Shown: positions 1 to 9,795 of the stretch, one piece after another
Numbering within the stretch: the stretch's first letter is position 1
Layout: each line of letters starts with the position of its first letter
Origin: Desulfatiglandales bacterium
Lineage (GTDB): Bacteria > Desulfobacterota > DSM-4660 > Desulfatiglandales > HGW-15
Reading direction: 5' to 3'
Length of the DNA stretch: 64,000 nucleotides
Assembly (NCBI GenBank): GCA_963667015.2
Contig: CAXXJJ010000001.1
Location: forward strand, 544,001 to 608,000
Made by a program: the position numbers and the translations under genes
The notes under the pieces: model-generated
The model's input: only the letters and a program-made list of their open reading frames with translations
What the model was told of the DNA's origin: nothing
Database searches by the model: none

Positions 1-2
1 AG

Positions 3-1439
3 TTATTTATTGGTTTCCTTGTTGTTTTTCTTTTTGCAGCGGGTGTTGCCGGGTTATTTTTTTTATATACCAATAAGGTTGAAGAAAAGCTAAGGATACT
101 GGAGATTGTAGATGACTTTGTAATAGAAATTCAGCAGGCCCGTCGCGATGAAAAAAATTATTTTCTTCATGGAACCAACCTGAGTGATGCCCTTGAAAAC
201 GCATACAGGGCAAAAGATATTTTTGAGAGAAATACAAAGGAGTTGATGGAACTCCGGAAAGATACAGATCAAAAACCAATTTCTTCTGATATAAATCTCT
301 ATGAGGAATCTCTAAAAAAGCTGGTAGAGCTTGACGAAAGAAACCTGGATACACGTGAATATGAAAAGAAAAAGAAACAGATTGAGCTTGAACTGAGGAA
401 ACACGGACAAAAAATGGTCTCCTTTGCTGAAGAACTGATGAAGCAGGAGAAATCAGCTTTAGAAAAAACACTCAAAAATTCAAAGGACATCCAGTTATAT
501 TCTCTGGCTGTACTGCTTATTATTGTTATTTTTAACACCTATGTTCTCGCAGGACGAATACTAAGTGCCATTAAAAGATTCACCGCTTATACAAGACGGA
601 TTGCTTCGGGAGACTTTACCCCTATTAGGCCTGAACGTCCTTTTCGTGATGAATTCACGGACCTTGCCGTCAGCATTAATCAGATGATGAGAGAGATTGA
701 AAAGCACGGAACCGTTCTCATTCAGTCACATAAAATGAGAGCGATCGGCACCCTGACAGCAGGGGTTGCACATGAATTGAACAATCCTCTGAACAATATC
801 ACCCTGACTGCACATATGCTGCTGGAAGATTATGGTGTCCTGTCGGACGATGATCGCAAAGAAATGGTGCAGGATATAGTATCCGAATCAAAAAGATCCA
901 CCAACATCATCAGTAACCTTCTTGACTTTGCAAGGGAAAGCGGATCACAACTGGAACCGCTGGAACTGAAGCAGCTTCTGGAAGACACAATAAACCTGGC
1001 GGTTAACCAGATTAAATTATCCGGAATTAGTATCGAGTTTCAGGCAACTGACAATCTTCCAAGAATACATGGAGACAGCCAGCAGTTAAGGCAGGTATTT
1101 CTTAATCTTATATTAAATGCCATAGACGCATCTTCAAAAGGAAGTGTTATTAAGGTGATTGTCCTGCCTGCGGATGAACCGAATTTTGTTGCTGTCAAAA
1201 TTATAGATAATGGAAAAGGCATCCCGGAGCATATCCTGGGTTCGATATTTGATCCCTTTTTTACTACAAAGGAAAAGGGAAAGGGTACAGGCCTTGGTTT
1301 AAGCGTGTCCCAGGGGATAGTGGTAAAGCATGGCGGTAAAATCAGGGTAAGCAGCATGGTAGATCAGGGTACAACCTTTACTGTTACCCTTCCCGTAACA
1401 ACCATCCCGGCGGAGATATCCTCAGAGAAGAAGGTATAA
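3..1439 (+). CDS. Membrane sensor histidine kinase (HAMP-HisKA-HATPase); 5' end lies outside the window
   Basis: The frame of ORF 243..1439 stays open back to position 3 (LFIGFLVVFLFAAGVAGLFF, a TM segment). Motifs: H-box AHELNNPL, N-box NLILNAIDA, G1 DNGKGI, F-box FDPFFTTK, G2 GTGLGL. Confidence 0.92.
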   Translation, partial: LFIGFLVVFLFAAGVAGLFFLYTNKVEEKLRILEIVDDFVIEIQQARRDEKNYFLHGTNLSDALENAYRAKDIFERNTKELMELRKDTDQKPISSDINLYEESLKKLVELDERNLDTREYEKKKKQIELELRKHGQKMVSFAEELMKQEKSALEKTLKNSKDIQLYSLAVLLIIVIFNTYVLAGRILSAIKRFTAYTRRIASGDFTPIRPERPFRDEFTDLAVSINQMMREIEKHGTVLIQSHKMRAIGTLTAGVAHELNNPLNNITLTAHMLLEDYGVLSDDDRKEMVQDIVSESKRSTNIISNLLDFARESGSQLEPLELKQLLEDTINLAVNQIKLSGISIEFQATDNLPRIHGDSQQLRQVFLNLILNAIDASSKGSVIKVIVLPADEPNFVAVKIIDNGKGIPEHILGSIFDPFFTTKEKGKGTGLGLSVSQGIVVKHGGKIRVSSMVDQGTTFTVTLPVTTIPAEISSEKKV

Positions 1440-1482
1440 AAGACAGGGCTTAAGGCGCTAGGAAAAAACATCGGGCAGAGCC

Positions 1483-1560
1483 ATCTCTTACTCATGCTCC
1501 TGCTCTTTCTCTTAATCCCTTTTTTAAAGCAGAGTAAGAGTATGATCAAGAGCAAGAGCT
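1483..1560. repeat. Hexamer-based (CTCTTR/AAGAGY) intergenic hairpin element; related copies at ~50604-50678, ~53312-53396, partial ~55977-56012 and ~62873-62911
   Basis: ctcttactcatgctcctgctctttctcttaatc...agagtaagagtatgatcaagagcaagag; the reverse-complement form recurs in several spacers. Confidence 0.75.
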
Positions 1561-1648
1561 TTGTTCTGCGATAGCCATTAATTCTGTGGCTATTTTTTGT
1601 CTTTCTCCCTGAACCTTGTACCTTGAGCCCTGCGCCTCGTCTTTATCT

Positions 1649-2629
1649 TTATCCCTGCTTCAACGCCACAGTAAGAGAACTTATCTTCTGTCTTGCATCA
1701 TTAAACACCCCTGACAGATTCAGGGAATGGTTGGCAAAGATGCTGTCCGGATCACCGTTAAAGACTATCAACGGTTCGAAATTGCACCTGCCGAGATTTT
1801 CTATTATTTTGTCAATCATGCCCAGAGAATTTTTGTCCTGAAGCACGGAATAAAAATCCTTTCTTATCGCCTGGAATGACAGGTGCAGCGCATATGCCAC
1901 GCCCTGGGCATAATAAAAATTGTCATCTATCTCACTCCAGGGGATCTCAAGTTCAGTTTCTCTTTCCTCTGCCTCGTCCGCAGTATCCATTTTGACTGAA
2001 GGTGGAGTAATGGATCCCTGGGTAGCACTCACAAGTTTTGTGTTTACACCGCCCATAAGCGAAAGGTACTGGTCCAGGAGCTGAACCAGGTTATCGGCTC
2101 TCGGATAGAATGTTGATTTTCCGGAAATAAGATTGTCGTAGTACAGCCCAAGACTGTCATAGCCTTCTTTCCATTTGCTCTCCGCCGAAGGGAACAAGAA
2201 TTTATATGGATCATTAGATAATGAGGTGAAGGCCTTTTCTGCAAAGGGATCTATCTTATCGGTTGTTCTCATCCGGGTAAGGTTGTCTCTTAAAACCCTT
2301 ATGTTGTACCTGATTACCTCAAGCTCACCAAGCTGGAAGTTTGGCATATTGTCCAGAAAAATAGTAGGCCAGAATATATCATTGGGGAGCCAGTTGGCTT
2401 CCATCTGTTTTATAAGCGCCTGATTGGCCTTTACAAAATATGCACCCTTTTTATTTTCAGTAATACTGGTCAAATCTATCGGGTCAGGTTTAAAGGAGTT
2501 CTTAACCATCACAAAAAGGGAGAAAAGTATGAAGATTACAGCAATAACTGCGCCTATAAATGCCTTACCTTTTGAAGATTTACTATCGGTCCCTTTAACA
2601 GAATTTTTATCAGACATTATTTCCTCCAT
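1649..2629 (-). CDS. DUF2333 family membrane-anchored protein
   Basis: N-terminal TM segment; motifs WLPND..WP..FLDNMPNFQLG, FYPRADNL, IDDNFYYAQG and NG..DSIFANHS match DUF2333 as I recall it. Confidence 0.75.
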   Translation of the reverse strand: MEEIMSDKNSVKGTDSKSSKGKAFIGAVIAVIFILFSLFVMVKNSFKPDPIDLTSITENKKGAYFVKANQALIKQMEANWLPNDIFWPTIFLDNMPNFQLGELEVIRYNIRVLRDNLTRMRTTDKIDPFAEKAFTSLSNDPYKFLFPSAESKWKEGYDSLGLYYDNLISGKSTFYPRADNLVQLLDQYLSLMGGVNTKLVSATQGSITPPSVKMDTADEAEERETELEIPWSEIDDNFYYAQGVAYALHLSFQAIRKDFYSVLQDKNSLGMIDKIIENLGRCNFEPLIVFNGDPDSIFANHSLNLSGVFNDARQKISSLTVALKQG

Positions 2630-2722
2630 GACCGGTTTTATAATTTTACATTAGTAGGTTTCGATTTATATTAAAAAATCATTATACCTTAAATTCCCGG
2701 GGCTAGGGAAGCGGTTCAACAG

Positions 2723-3895
2723 CTATTCCGCGATCTTTTTTTTAGCCCGCTTTTTACTTTTTTTAGCAGGGATCAAATCCTTGAGTGTTATTCTTTTACC
2801 AAAACATAATAAAATATCTCCAGGCAGGATCTCACGATCACCCCTGGGGTTTGGAATAGAAATGCTTCCTCTTATAATGTTCAGTATCAGTATGTCCCTT
2901 TCCCTGAGGCTGCTGTCTCTAATGGTTTTATGAGCCAGTCCTGATTTCTTGCCCACGGGTATCTCAGCTATGGAATAACCTGCTTTCAGTGTTAATCTCT
3001 GTCTTATATCAACCTCGGGAAATAATGCAGCGTCTTCGAGGAATTCAATAACCGCATCCGCTACATCAATGCCCGTTGCTTTTTCTATACCTTCTAAACC
3101 GGGCGAAGAGTTGACTTCCATTACCTGCGGCCCCTCTTTGCTCTCAAGAAGATCCACGCCTGCCACATTCAACCCGAGGATTTGTGCTGCATGAATGGCT
3201 GTGTTTTCGTATTGAGAATCAAGTTCCACGGCCTCGACCCTTCCTCCCCTGTGAACATTGCTCCTGAATTCATCTCCTGATGCTATTCTCCGCATAGCTG
3301 CTACAACCCGCCCTCCAACAACAAAACAGCGGATATCTCTTCCTTTGCTTTCTTTAATAAATTTTTGTATCAGGACGTTATGTCTTGTGCTTTGCAGAGT
3401 TTCCACAATCGCCTGGGCGGTTTTTTCAGTATCCGCCAGTATAACCCCCACCCCCTGTGTTCCTTCCAGAAGTTTTATTATAACCGGTGCACCCCCAACT
3501 TTTTTAATTGCAGGGAGAATTGAGTCTCTCCTGTTAACAAAGGCGCTTGTTGGTGTGCCGATATTGTGCCTGCTTAAAATCTGACTGGCCCTGAGCTTAT
3601 CCCTTGAAATTCTGATTGCCTGGGATGAATTAAGGGTTACAATTCCCATCTGCTCAAGATGGCGAACAACAGCTGTGCCATAAAAGGTTATTGATGAGCC
3701 AATCCTTGGTATTGCAGCATCATATCGGCCAAGGGGTTTATTGCTGTAATAAAGGTCGGGCCCCTCCTGGTCCACGAGAATTGAAAACTTTAATGTGTCA
3801 AGGATGCGTACTTCATGACCTCTCGTCTTTGCAGCCTCCTTTAGACGAGCAGTGCTGTATGCCCTGGGGCTTCTTGAAAGGATAGCAATTTTCAT
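2723..3895 (-). CDS. rimK: RimK-family alpha-L-glutamate ligase (ATP-grasp) with a C-terminal RCK_C/TrkA-C domain
   Basis: MKIAILSR, IPRIGSSITFYG, RDKLR, KLLEGTQGVGV, FRSNVHRGG, EVNSSPGLEGIE; the extra ~90-aa tail (LAHKTIRDSSLRERDILILNIIRG...PNPRGDREILPGDILLCFG) is RCK_C-like. Confidence 0.9.
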   Translation of the reverse strand: MKIAILSRSPRAYSTARLKEAAKTRGHEVRILDTLKFSILVDQEGPDLYYSNKPLGRYDAAIPRIGSSITFYGTAVVRHLEQMGIVTLNSSQAIRISRDKLRASQILSRHNIGTPTSAFVNRRDSILPAIKKVGGAPVIIKLLEGTQGVGVILADTEKTAQAIVETLQSTRHNVLIQKFIKESKGRDIRCFVVGGRVVAAMRRIASGDEFRSNVHRGGRVEAVELDSQYENTAIHAAQILGLNVAGVDLLESKEGPQVMEVNSSPGLEGIEKATGIDVADAVIEFLEDAALFPEVDIRQRLTLKAGYSIAEIPVGKKSGLAHKTIRDSSLRERDILILNIIRGSISIPNPRGDREILPGDILLCFGKRITLKDLIPAKKSKKRAKKKIAE

Positions 3896-3924
3896 AATTA
3901 AACCTTTTATAATTAATTGATTTG

Positions 3925-4965
3925 TTAATTAAATTGAGGGTATATCTCTTCGGGATTCCACTCTTCTGTGAATGAAAAGTCATCCTGTTCACCCTCATTA
4001 CCTTTGAAACGGGCGACATGAAACAGTGCGTCACCTTTATTCACAAGGGGAAGACGTAAGTTGGAAATTACAATACCTTCTGCCGGGGATTTTACGATTA
4101 TTTCATCTTCACCCATGGGGCCGGAAATCCGGGCGAGCTGTTCTCCTGTTGTTACATGTGCTCCAAGGGGGCAGTCCAGTTTTAGTATTCCACTCTGGGG
4201 TGCCCGTACCCATGTAGTTGAGTTGGCTGTAAAAGTGTTAAATTTTGATTTATAGGGTCTTCCCTTCAACATCCCAAGTATTCTCATAACAGACAGTATT
4301 CCTGCCACACCAAGCCTGATGGAAAACTCATCAAAACGCAGAACTTCTCCGGCTTCATACAGCAGGAAGGGTTTTCCGTTCTCAACAACAGACTGACGCA
4401 GTGAGCCGTCCCTCAGATTTGAATTCAAAATTACCGGTGCACCAAAGGCGTTGGCAAGTCTTACTGTTTCGTCATTATCCAGGCATGCCCTGATCTGGGG
4501 AAGGTTGAACTTGTGACCCGATGCCGTGTGAAGATCAATTCCATGTGTGCATTTTTTTACTATTTCATCTGTAAAAAGCCTTGCTAGGCGTGAAGCAAGA
4601 GATCCTTCTTCATTTCCCGGAAATGACCTGTTAAGGTCTCTGCGGTCAGGGAGATATCGATTGTGTGTTATAAAACCGTGGACATTTACCACAGGCACGG
4701 CAATCAATGTGCCTCTCAGTTTTGAAAGTGAATTATGTGCAAGGAGGCGGCGTATTATTTCAACACCGTTTATCTCGTCACCATGAATAACCCCTGACAC
4801 AAAAAGCCTGGGCCCCCTGGTTTTGCCGGAAATTACCCTTACCGGAATGGTTATGGGTGTATGTGTGTAAAGTTCGCCTGCCTGAAGTTCAATTATTTTT
4901 GATTCTCCGGGCTTTACGATATTTCCGGCAATCTCGAAATTATCATTTTTTTTACCTGTCTTCAT
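3925..4965 (-). CDS. Succinylglutamate desuccinylase/aspartoacylase family (M14-like) protein, the usual rimK neighbour
   Basis: HGDEING, DLNRSFPG and IDLHT zinc-carboxypeptidase motifs; YEAGE. Confidence 0.88.
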   Translation of the reverse strand: MKTGKKNDNFEIAGNIVKPGESKIIELQAGELYTHTPITIPVRVISGKTRGPRLFVSGVIHGDEINGVEIIRRLLAHNSLSKLRGTLIAVPVVNVHGFITHNRYLPDRRDLNRSFPGNEEGSLASRLARLFTDEIVKKCTHGIDLHTASGHKFNLPQIRACLDNDETVRLANAFGAPVILNSNLRDGSLRQSVVENGKPFLLYEAGEVLRFDEFSIRLGVAGILSVMRILGMLKGRPYKSKFNTFTANSTTWVRAPQSGILKLDCPLGAHVTTGEQLARISGPMGEDEIIVKSPAEGIVISNLRLPLVNKGDALFHVARFKGNEGEQDDFSFTEEWNPEEIYPQFN

Positions 4966-4967
4966 TT

Positions 4968-5441
4968 TTACACTGCTTTTAAAACTTTCTTTATAGGTTT
5001 TCCAAGGGTAAAGCTGAACTGCGGATCTATAATCAATTTATCAGATAATGCAGAACGGCCTATAAGAAGTCTGAACCGCATCTGTTCCCGATTTGTCAGG
5101 CTTAAATCAATGGGCCACATTCTGCCTGCCGCCATGAGAGATGTCCTAATTATATACCTGAGTTCAGGGTGCCCCCCGGAATCCACTATGCGACGCTGAT
5201 CAATAATGTCAGCAGTGCATATGATCCCTTTTTTATCACTTTTCTGCCTGGGGTGAACACCGAATCTGACCATCGGCCTGTCGGAACTATCGACAGGTTC
5301 TATAAAATATGTATGCAGAGCGGATGTCCTTGCACCTGTGTCCATCTTGGCTTTTATTGATTTAATACCAAGATCCGGAAGAGAAATCCACTCGCGCCAT
5401 CCAACAATCAGTTTTTTTTCATTACCGCCTGAATCTGACAT
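4968..5441 (-). CDS. RimK-associated putative protease (RimB / 'ATP-dependent zinc protease' family, retropepsin-like)
   Basis: VGWREW, AKMDTGARTSALH, LTNR..MRFRLLIGR; first gene of the rimK operon. Confidence 0.85.
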   Translation of the reverse strand: MSDSGGNEKKLIVGWREWISLPDLGIKSIKAKMDTGARTSALHTYFIEPVDSSDRPMVRFGVHPRQKSDKKGIICTADIIDQRRIVDSGGHPELRYIIRTSLMAAGRMWPIDLSLTNREQMRFRLLIGRSALSDKLIIDPQFSFTLGKPIKKVLKAV

Positions 5442-5790
5442 GAAATCAGTTCTAAACCTTTCCTGAAATAACTTCTACAGAGAAAAATGTTTTTTGTTCT
5501 GTGTTAAAGCCGAAGAAAATAAGTATACCTTCTTTTTAAGGGGCTTTGCAATGTTTTGAAGTAGTCTCTCAGAATTGAATTCTAGAGATGCTGTTAAAAT
5601 CACAAATATCATTAGCGTCCAGCAGCTTGGCATGTAATGCCGGCAGTTGAAATCCATGGCAATTCATGGATTCGGGTGTTCAATCAGCCGGAGAGCCTGA
5701 AACAGGCTGGGTATCCCGATATAAGCTGTGACCGGGCGAGAAAAAACCGGCCGGGTTCGCTATGCTATGCTGCTGGGACATGGAGGCCTC

Positions 5791-5933
5791 TTAACCCGGC
5801 TGCAACACTCGTTTCATGATTTTGATCCTCAACCGATTTATGAATATGCTTCCGGGTCAAAATCATTCCAACTTCGTGTTTCACTTATGTTTATCAACCC
5901 TCGCTACGACGTCTACTGTAAAATCCGGGTTAA
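5791..5933. repeat. Short non-coding element with terminal inverted repeats (MITE/REP-like)
   Basis: TTAACCCGG (5791) ... CCGGGTTAA (5925-5933), with an internal IR atgattttgatcc / gggtcaaaatcat. Confidence 0.5.
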
Positions 5934-6228
5934 AGGATGAATGACACTCTTTCGCATTTAATAAAAATATTGGAAACCTACAAAAAAGACTGGTTGTCAA
6001 TATTTATAACTTAAAACCTATAATCATATTAGCAGATATACCTTGAAATATATTGTGTTCCTGTTGTAGCAAATAAAAGTATAGATATCGCCATGAACAG
6101 GGTGAGCCGGGCTTGAATTTGTTTATACTTAAAACTACACATTGATCATTGAAATTTCCCTTGCATTTTTGTGGTACGCACTTAATAATAAATAGCTATC
6201 TAACATACTATATTTATTGAGGTAAAAT

Positions 6229-6456
6229 ATGACAAAAACACAAGACTTGATTGATGAAGCAATTTCTCTCCCTATAGAGGAAAGGGCCTTACTGGTAGAT
6301 TATCTGCTTCGAAGCATGAATCCTTTGGATAAGGAAAACGATAAGAAATGGGCTGCAGAAGCCAAAAGGCGCCTGGAAGATCTGCGAACCGGTAAAGTAG
6401 CACCTGTATCAGGTGAAGAGGTATTTAATAAAATACGCAGCCGGTTTGAAAAATGA
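6229..6456 (+). CDS. Addiction-module antitoxin component
   Basis: 75 aa; LPIEERALLVDYLLRS...WAAEAKRRLEDLRTGKV..VSGEEVF pattern; its stop overlaps the start of a ParE-like toxin. Confidence 0.85.
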   Translation: MTKTQDLIDEAISLPIEERALLVDYLLRSMNPLDKENDKKWAAEAKRRLEDLRTGKVAPVSGEEVFNKIRSRFEK

Positions 6457-6745
6457 ACTATTTTTTTCATCCGGAAGCAGAGGCAGAATTCGTTGCGGCC
6501 ATTGATTATTATGAGGAAAAACAATCAGGGCCTGGCTATGATTTTGCCCGAGAAGTCTATACAGGCATAAAAAGTATAATTGAACACCCTCAAACATGGC
6601 CGGTACTCGATGGGAAATTCGTCGCAGATTAATTGACCGCTTTCCTTATGGTATCCTTTACAGTGATGAAGGACAAACTGTATACATCCTGGCAGTCATG
6701 CACCTACACCGTGAACCGAATTATTGGAAAAAAAGAATAATATAG
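6453..6745 (+). pseudogene. ParE/RelE-family toxin, frameshifted
   Basis: MNYFFHPEAEAEFVAAIDYYEE...HPQTWPVLDG, then stop at 6630-6632. Adding one G to the GGG at 6612-6614 continues EIRRRLIDRFPYGILY...ILAVMHLHREPNYWKKRII* to 6745. Confidence 0.85.
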
Positions 6746-6789
6746 TCAGTCAAGGTCACTAATCTTCGATTTTTTAATTTCTGGCGTTC

Positions 6790-7267
6790 CATTGCTTTCC
6801 CTAACAGCCTACAGTCTTTACCCTGTTAAATCCGCAAAGCGGGTTGCGAAGCAACATTTAACAGGGTGAACCGCTTCAGCCTGCATTTCCTCGCCTGCAT
6901 TTCCCCTTGACTAAACCCAATCCCAGGAGTAAACAAATAAGAATAATAAAGACTTACCAAGATATACAAACATTAAAATTGAACTGATTTATGAACTTTA
7001 GCTGTCGCGCCGAAGCTTGAACGTTTTGCGAAGGCGGAAACTTTGAATTTTGAATTTATAAACGTTGAATTTGCCTTTATTCTCCTGGACCTGACACCGT
7101 CGAAAGTTTGTAAGTTTTTTAAATGCATATCCAAAACGCTGCCAGCTCCAGCACTAAAAGTAACTGCTGGAAGAAAAAACAATGATTCGAAGAAATATAT
7201 ATAACCCCACTTTCTCAAATTGAGAGGTGGGGTTTTGTGTTTTGTGTCAAGAGTCAAGACCTGACAC
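6790..7267 (+). repeat. Composite non-coding unit, copy A (copy B at ~10003-10435)
   Basis: Shared blocks ttccccttgactaaacccaatcccRggagtaaacaaataagRataataaagacttacca and tctcctggacctgacaccgtcgaaagtttgtaag...atgcatatccaaa.cgctgccag.tccagcact...tgctggaa; both copies end in a TGTC..TCAAG..GAC.C motif. Confidence 0.85.
6820..6867. repeat. 48-bp palindromic mini-element ACCCTGTTAAAT...ATTTAACAGGGT; copies at 10176-10223, 62793-62840, degenerate at 26541-26578 and 53221-53265
   Basis: 12-bp terminal IR; the copy at 10176 is identical and the copy at 62793 is a near-identical reverse complement. Confidence 0.9.
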
Positions 7268-7421
7268 TAATTCTTTTCTTTTGTTTCATGTCAGAGTCAA
7301 GACCTGACACCGATTCTTTTCTTAATGGCCCCATTTAATTAAACACAATATCAATGGTTTATCTCGTAAGTCTCATGAACTTATAAATGTCTCATAAATC
7401 AATTTTAAAGGAGTTTATAGA

Positions 7422-8321
7422 ATGTCAAAGGACGAATCAATTGATGCTATAAAAAAAAGGTTAGAAAAAATCAGGTTAGATAAAATTGAGGTTGATCAAA
7501 GTAAAAATATCATAGTTGAGGTAGAAGATTTTCCGACATTTATAACTGTGGCAAGAGAATTAAGAATACCTGATACAGGTCAAGAATATTGGTCTTTCAG
7601 AGGACAAAGAGATTGCGATAATATATTGGGAATATCTAGAAAATTTAAATCTACTTTTGATCTTAAGTTTATAAAAAAAAATAAAAATGAAATTAACACA
7701 AGAATAGATGCATTATTCAATGTTTTTTGTAAAAGGTGTCAAGAGTTTCCACAACCTGATTATCTGCATGAGGAAAATACTTGGAACTGGTTGTTTTATG
7801 CTCAGCACTATGGTTTAAAGACACGACTAGTAGACTGGTCCACTAACCCTTTAGTCGCACTTTATTTTGCTGTATCTAGTAATCCTCATAATAGGGATAC
7901 AAAAGATAAAAAGGATGGAGTTGTATGGGCTCTAAAAGTTGAAAATAATAAAGTTTTAAAGACAGAAGAATTAAAAGAGTGTAAACCAGGTTTATTAAAG
8001 GAGTGGACCTTAGTGGCTCCTCCCCCAATTACTTCGAGATTGGCGAGGCAATCAGGAAAATTTACATACCATCCAGACCCTTTTCTCGATATAGCTACTG
8101 AAAAAAGAGAAGATGTTATTTTTGTGAAGATAAAAATAAAAAAACCTAAGAAAAAAGATAATGAAAAACCTAATTATGATAGAATAAAAAAACAATTAGG
8201 AATAATGAATATCCACCAGGCATCATTATTTCCAGATGCAGATGGTGTCGCGAGATTTGTAAACAATGAATGGCATAAAATCGTTATCTGGGATGAACAT
8301 CATATAATTAAAGAGGAATAA
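7422..8321 (+). CDS. FRG domain-containing protein
   Basis: WSFRGQ, AQHYGLKTRLVDWSTNPLVALYFA, RLARQSGKF, LGIMNIHQASLFPDADG; SD aaggag upstream. Confidence 0.9.
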   Translation: MSKDESIDAIKKRLEKIRLDKIEVDQSKNIIVEVEDFPTFITVARELRIPDTGQEYWSFRGQRDCDNILGISRKFKSTFDLKFIKKNKNEINTRIDALFNVFCKRCQEFPQPDYLHEENTWNWLFYAQHYGLKTRLVDWSTNPLVALYFAVSSNPHNRDTKDKKDGVVWALKVENNKVLKTEELKECKPGLLKEWTLVAPPPITSRLARQSGKFTYHPDPFLDIATEKREDVIFVKIKIKKPKKKDNEKPNYDRIKKQLGIMNIHQASLFPDADGVARFVNNEWHKIVIWDEHHIIKEE

Positions 8322-8322
8322 T

Positions 8323-9795
8323 ATGAAAATCCTATATATAGCAGCAGAATGTAAGCCTTTTTCAAAAACAGGTGGAGTAGGAGATGTCACAGGCGAGTTG
8401 CCTCCTGCTATAGTGCAGGCAGATCCGTCTATTAAGATTGAGATTGTTACACCATATTATGGGAAAATAAAATCAGGCCCTTCACAAAAACCGGTAAATT
8501 CATATTCAGTTAAGTTTCAGGATAAAGATGAGATCGTTGAAATATATACCGGTGCATTAAAAGGTGTCCCTGTTACTTTTGTAAAAAATCCAACTTATTT
8601 TGAAGGAGACTATTCTGATCCATATATAAACAGTGAAAAAATTCCCTTTTATGATGATATACTTCGGTTCTCCTTTTTTTCTAAGGCCTGTCTTGAGTTA
8701 ATACGATCAAAAAATCCTGATATAGTTCATATCAATGACTGGGTTCTAGGCTATCTTTTTGGATGGATGGCTATAGAAAAAATGCCACAGAAACGGGTGC
8801 TTACCGTACACAACGTCGGATACCAGGGGAATATCGGCCAGGATACCATTAAAGGCTGGGATATTGAGGAGATCCTTAATAATGAAACAACCGGAAAATT
8901 ATTTCTAGACCCACGGTCAGAATGGAATAGTGTTAATGCCCTTCGTCTTGGATTAGAATTTTCAGATATTGTCAACACGGTCAGCCCCAACTACTGTAAG
9001 GAGATGACTGAACCTGAAGATAATCAGAGGTTTTTCGAAGGTGGAAAGGGGTTACATGAGATAGCGAAAACATTATTTCAAGATAAAAAGCTGATCGGTA
9101 TTACAAATGGATTTGAGTATTCTATTAAGGCTACAAAAAAAACATTTGTGGACACAATAAAGCAAAAAATTAAAATGAAAAAAGCTCTGTCAAAAGATTT
9201 TGCTAATCCGAGTACTTTCCTTTTAGGTTTTGTTGGAAGAGCTGTGGAACAAAAATTCAAACTGTTGACTGAGATCATTGATGGGAAAAGCGTTTTAGCA
9301 CATCTACTCGATATTCCGGATCTTAATATAGCAATACTTGCGACCGGACTTGAAGAGTATGAAAAATTTATCGCAGAGTTTATTGGAAAGCCGAATTATT
9401 CGGCGACAATCGCATTTGATAAAGATAAAGCTCAGCAAATAAGTCTTGGGAGTGATGTTTTTCTCATGCCCAGTTTGTTTGAGCCTTGTGGTATAACACA
9501 GATGGAATCTATGAGTAATGCTACTCCCGCTTTAGTTAGGTGGACTGGTGGTCTGGTAGATACAGTTGTTTCACATACTCTACAAAGTGGTACCGGATTT
9601 GGATTTGATGGAGCAAGCAGGGATGAAGTTTTAAGAAATCTGATAGATACAGTGAAAGAATCCTTATCGTTCTTCAAAAATAATCATGATTCATTTTTAA
9701 AACTACAAGCCAGAGCATTTAAGAAGAGATTTTTATGGTCTGATGCTGCTGGTGAATATATCGAAAAAATCTATAAACCTTTAATGCAGAATTAA
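8323..9795 (+). CDS. Glycogen/starch synthase-like glycosyltransferase (GT5, GlgA-like), stand-alone
   Basis: KTGGVGDV (KxGG), HINDW, TVHNVGYQG, TVSPNY, GRAVEQK, PSLFEPCGITQM, TGGLVDTV; starts 1 nt after the FRG stop. Confidence 0.85.
   Translation: MKILYIAAECKPFSKTGGVGDVTGELPPAIVQADPSIKIEIVTPYYGKIKSGPSQKPVNSYSVKFQDKDEIVEIYTGALKGVPVTFVKNPTYFEGDYSDPYINSEKIPFYDDILRFSFFSKACLELIRSKNPDIVHINDWVLGYLFGWMAIEKMPQKRVLTVHNVGYQGNIGQDTIKGWDIEEILNNETTGKLFLDPRSEWNSVNALRLGLEFSDIVNTVSPNYCKEMTEPEDNQRFFEGGKGLHEIAKTLFQDKKLIGITNGFEYSIKATKKTFVDTIKQKIKMKKALSKDFANPSTFLLGFVGRAVEQKFKLLTEIIDGKSVLAHLLDIPDLNIAILATGLEEYEKFIAEFIGKPNYSATIAFDKDKAQQISLGSDVFLMPSLFEPCGITQMESMSNATPALVRWTGGLVDTVVSHTLQSGTGFGFDGASRDEVLRNLIDTVKESLSFFKNNHDSFLKLQARAFKKRFLWSDAAGEYIEKIYKPLMQN

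Noticed and set aside
5475..5940. Short ORFs at 5475-5657, 5637-5819 and 5728-5940
   Set aside because: They have no recognisable motifs, overlap one another and run into a palindromic repeat. A decayed gene is possible but could not be identified.
6973..7257. 94-aa minus-strand ORF
   Set aside because: It lies within the duplicated non-coding unit and is not preserved in copy B.
8323..9795. Assigning the symbol glgA (housekeeping glycogen synthase)
   Set aside because: The motifs fit GT5, but the AT-rich island context, coupling to FRG and lack of glg neighbours make orthology unsafe.
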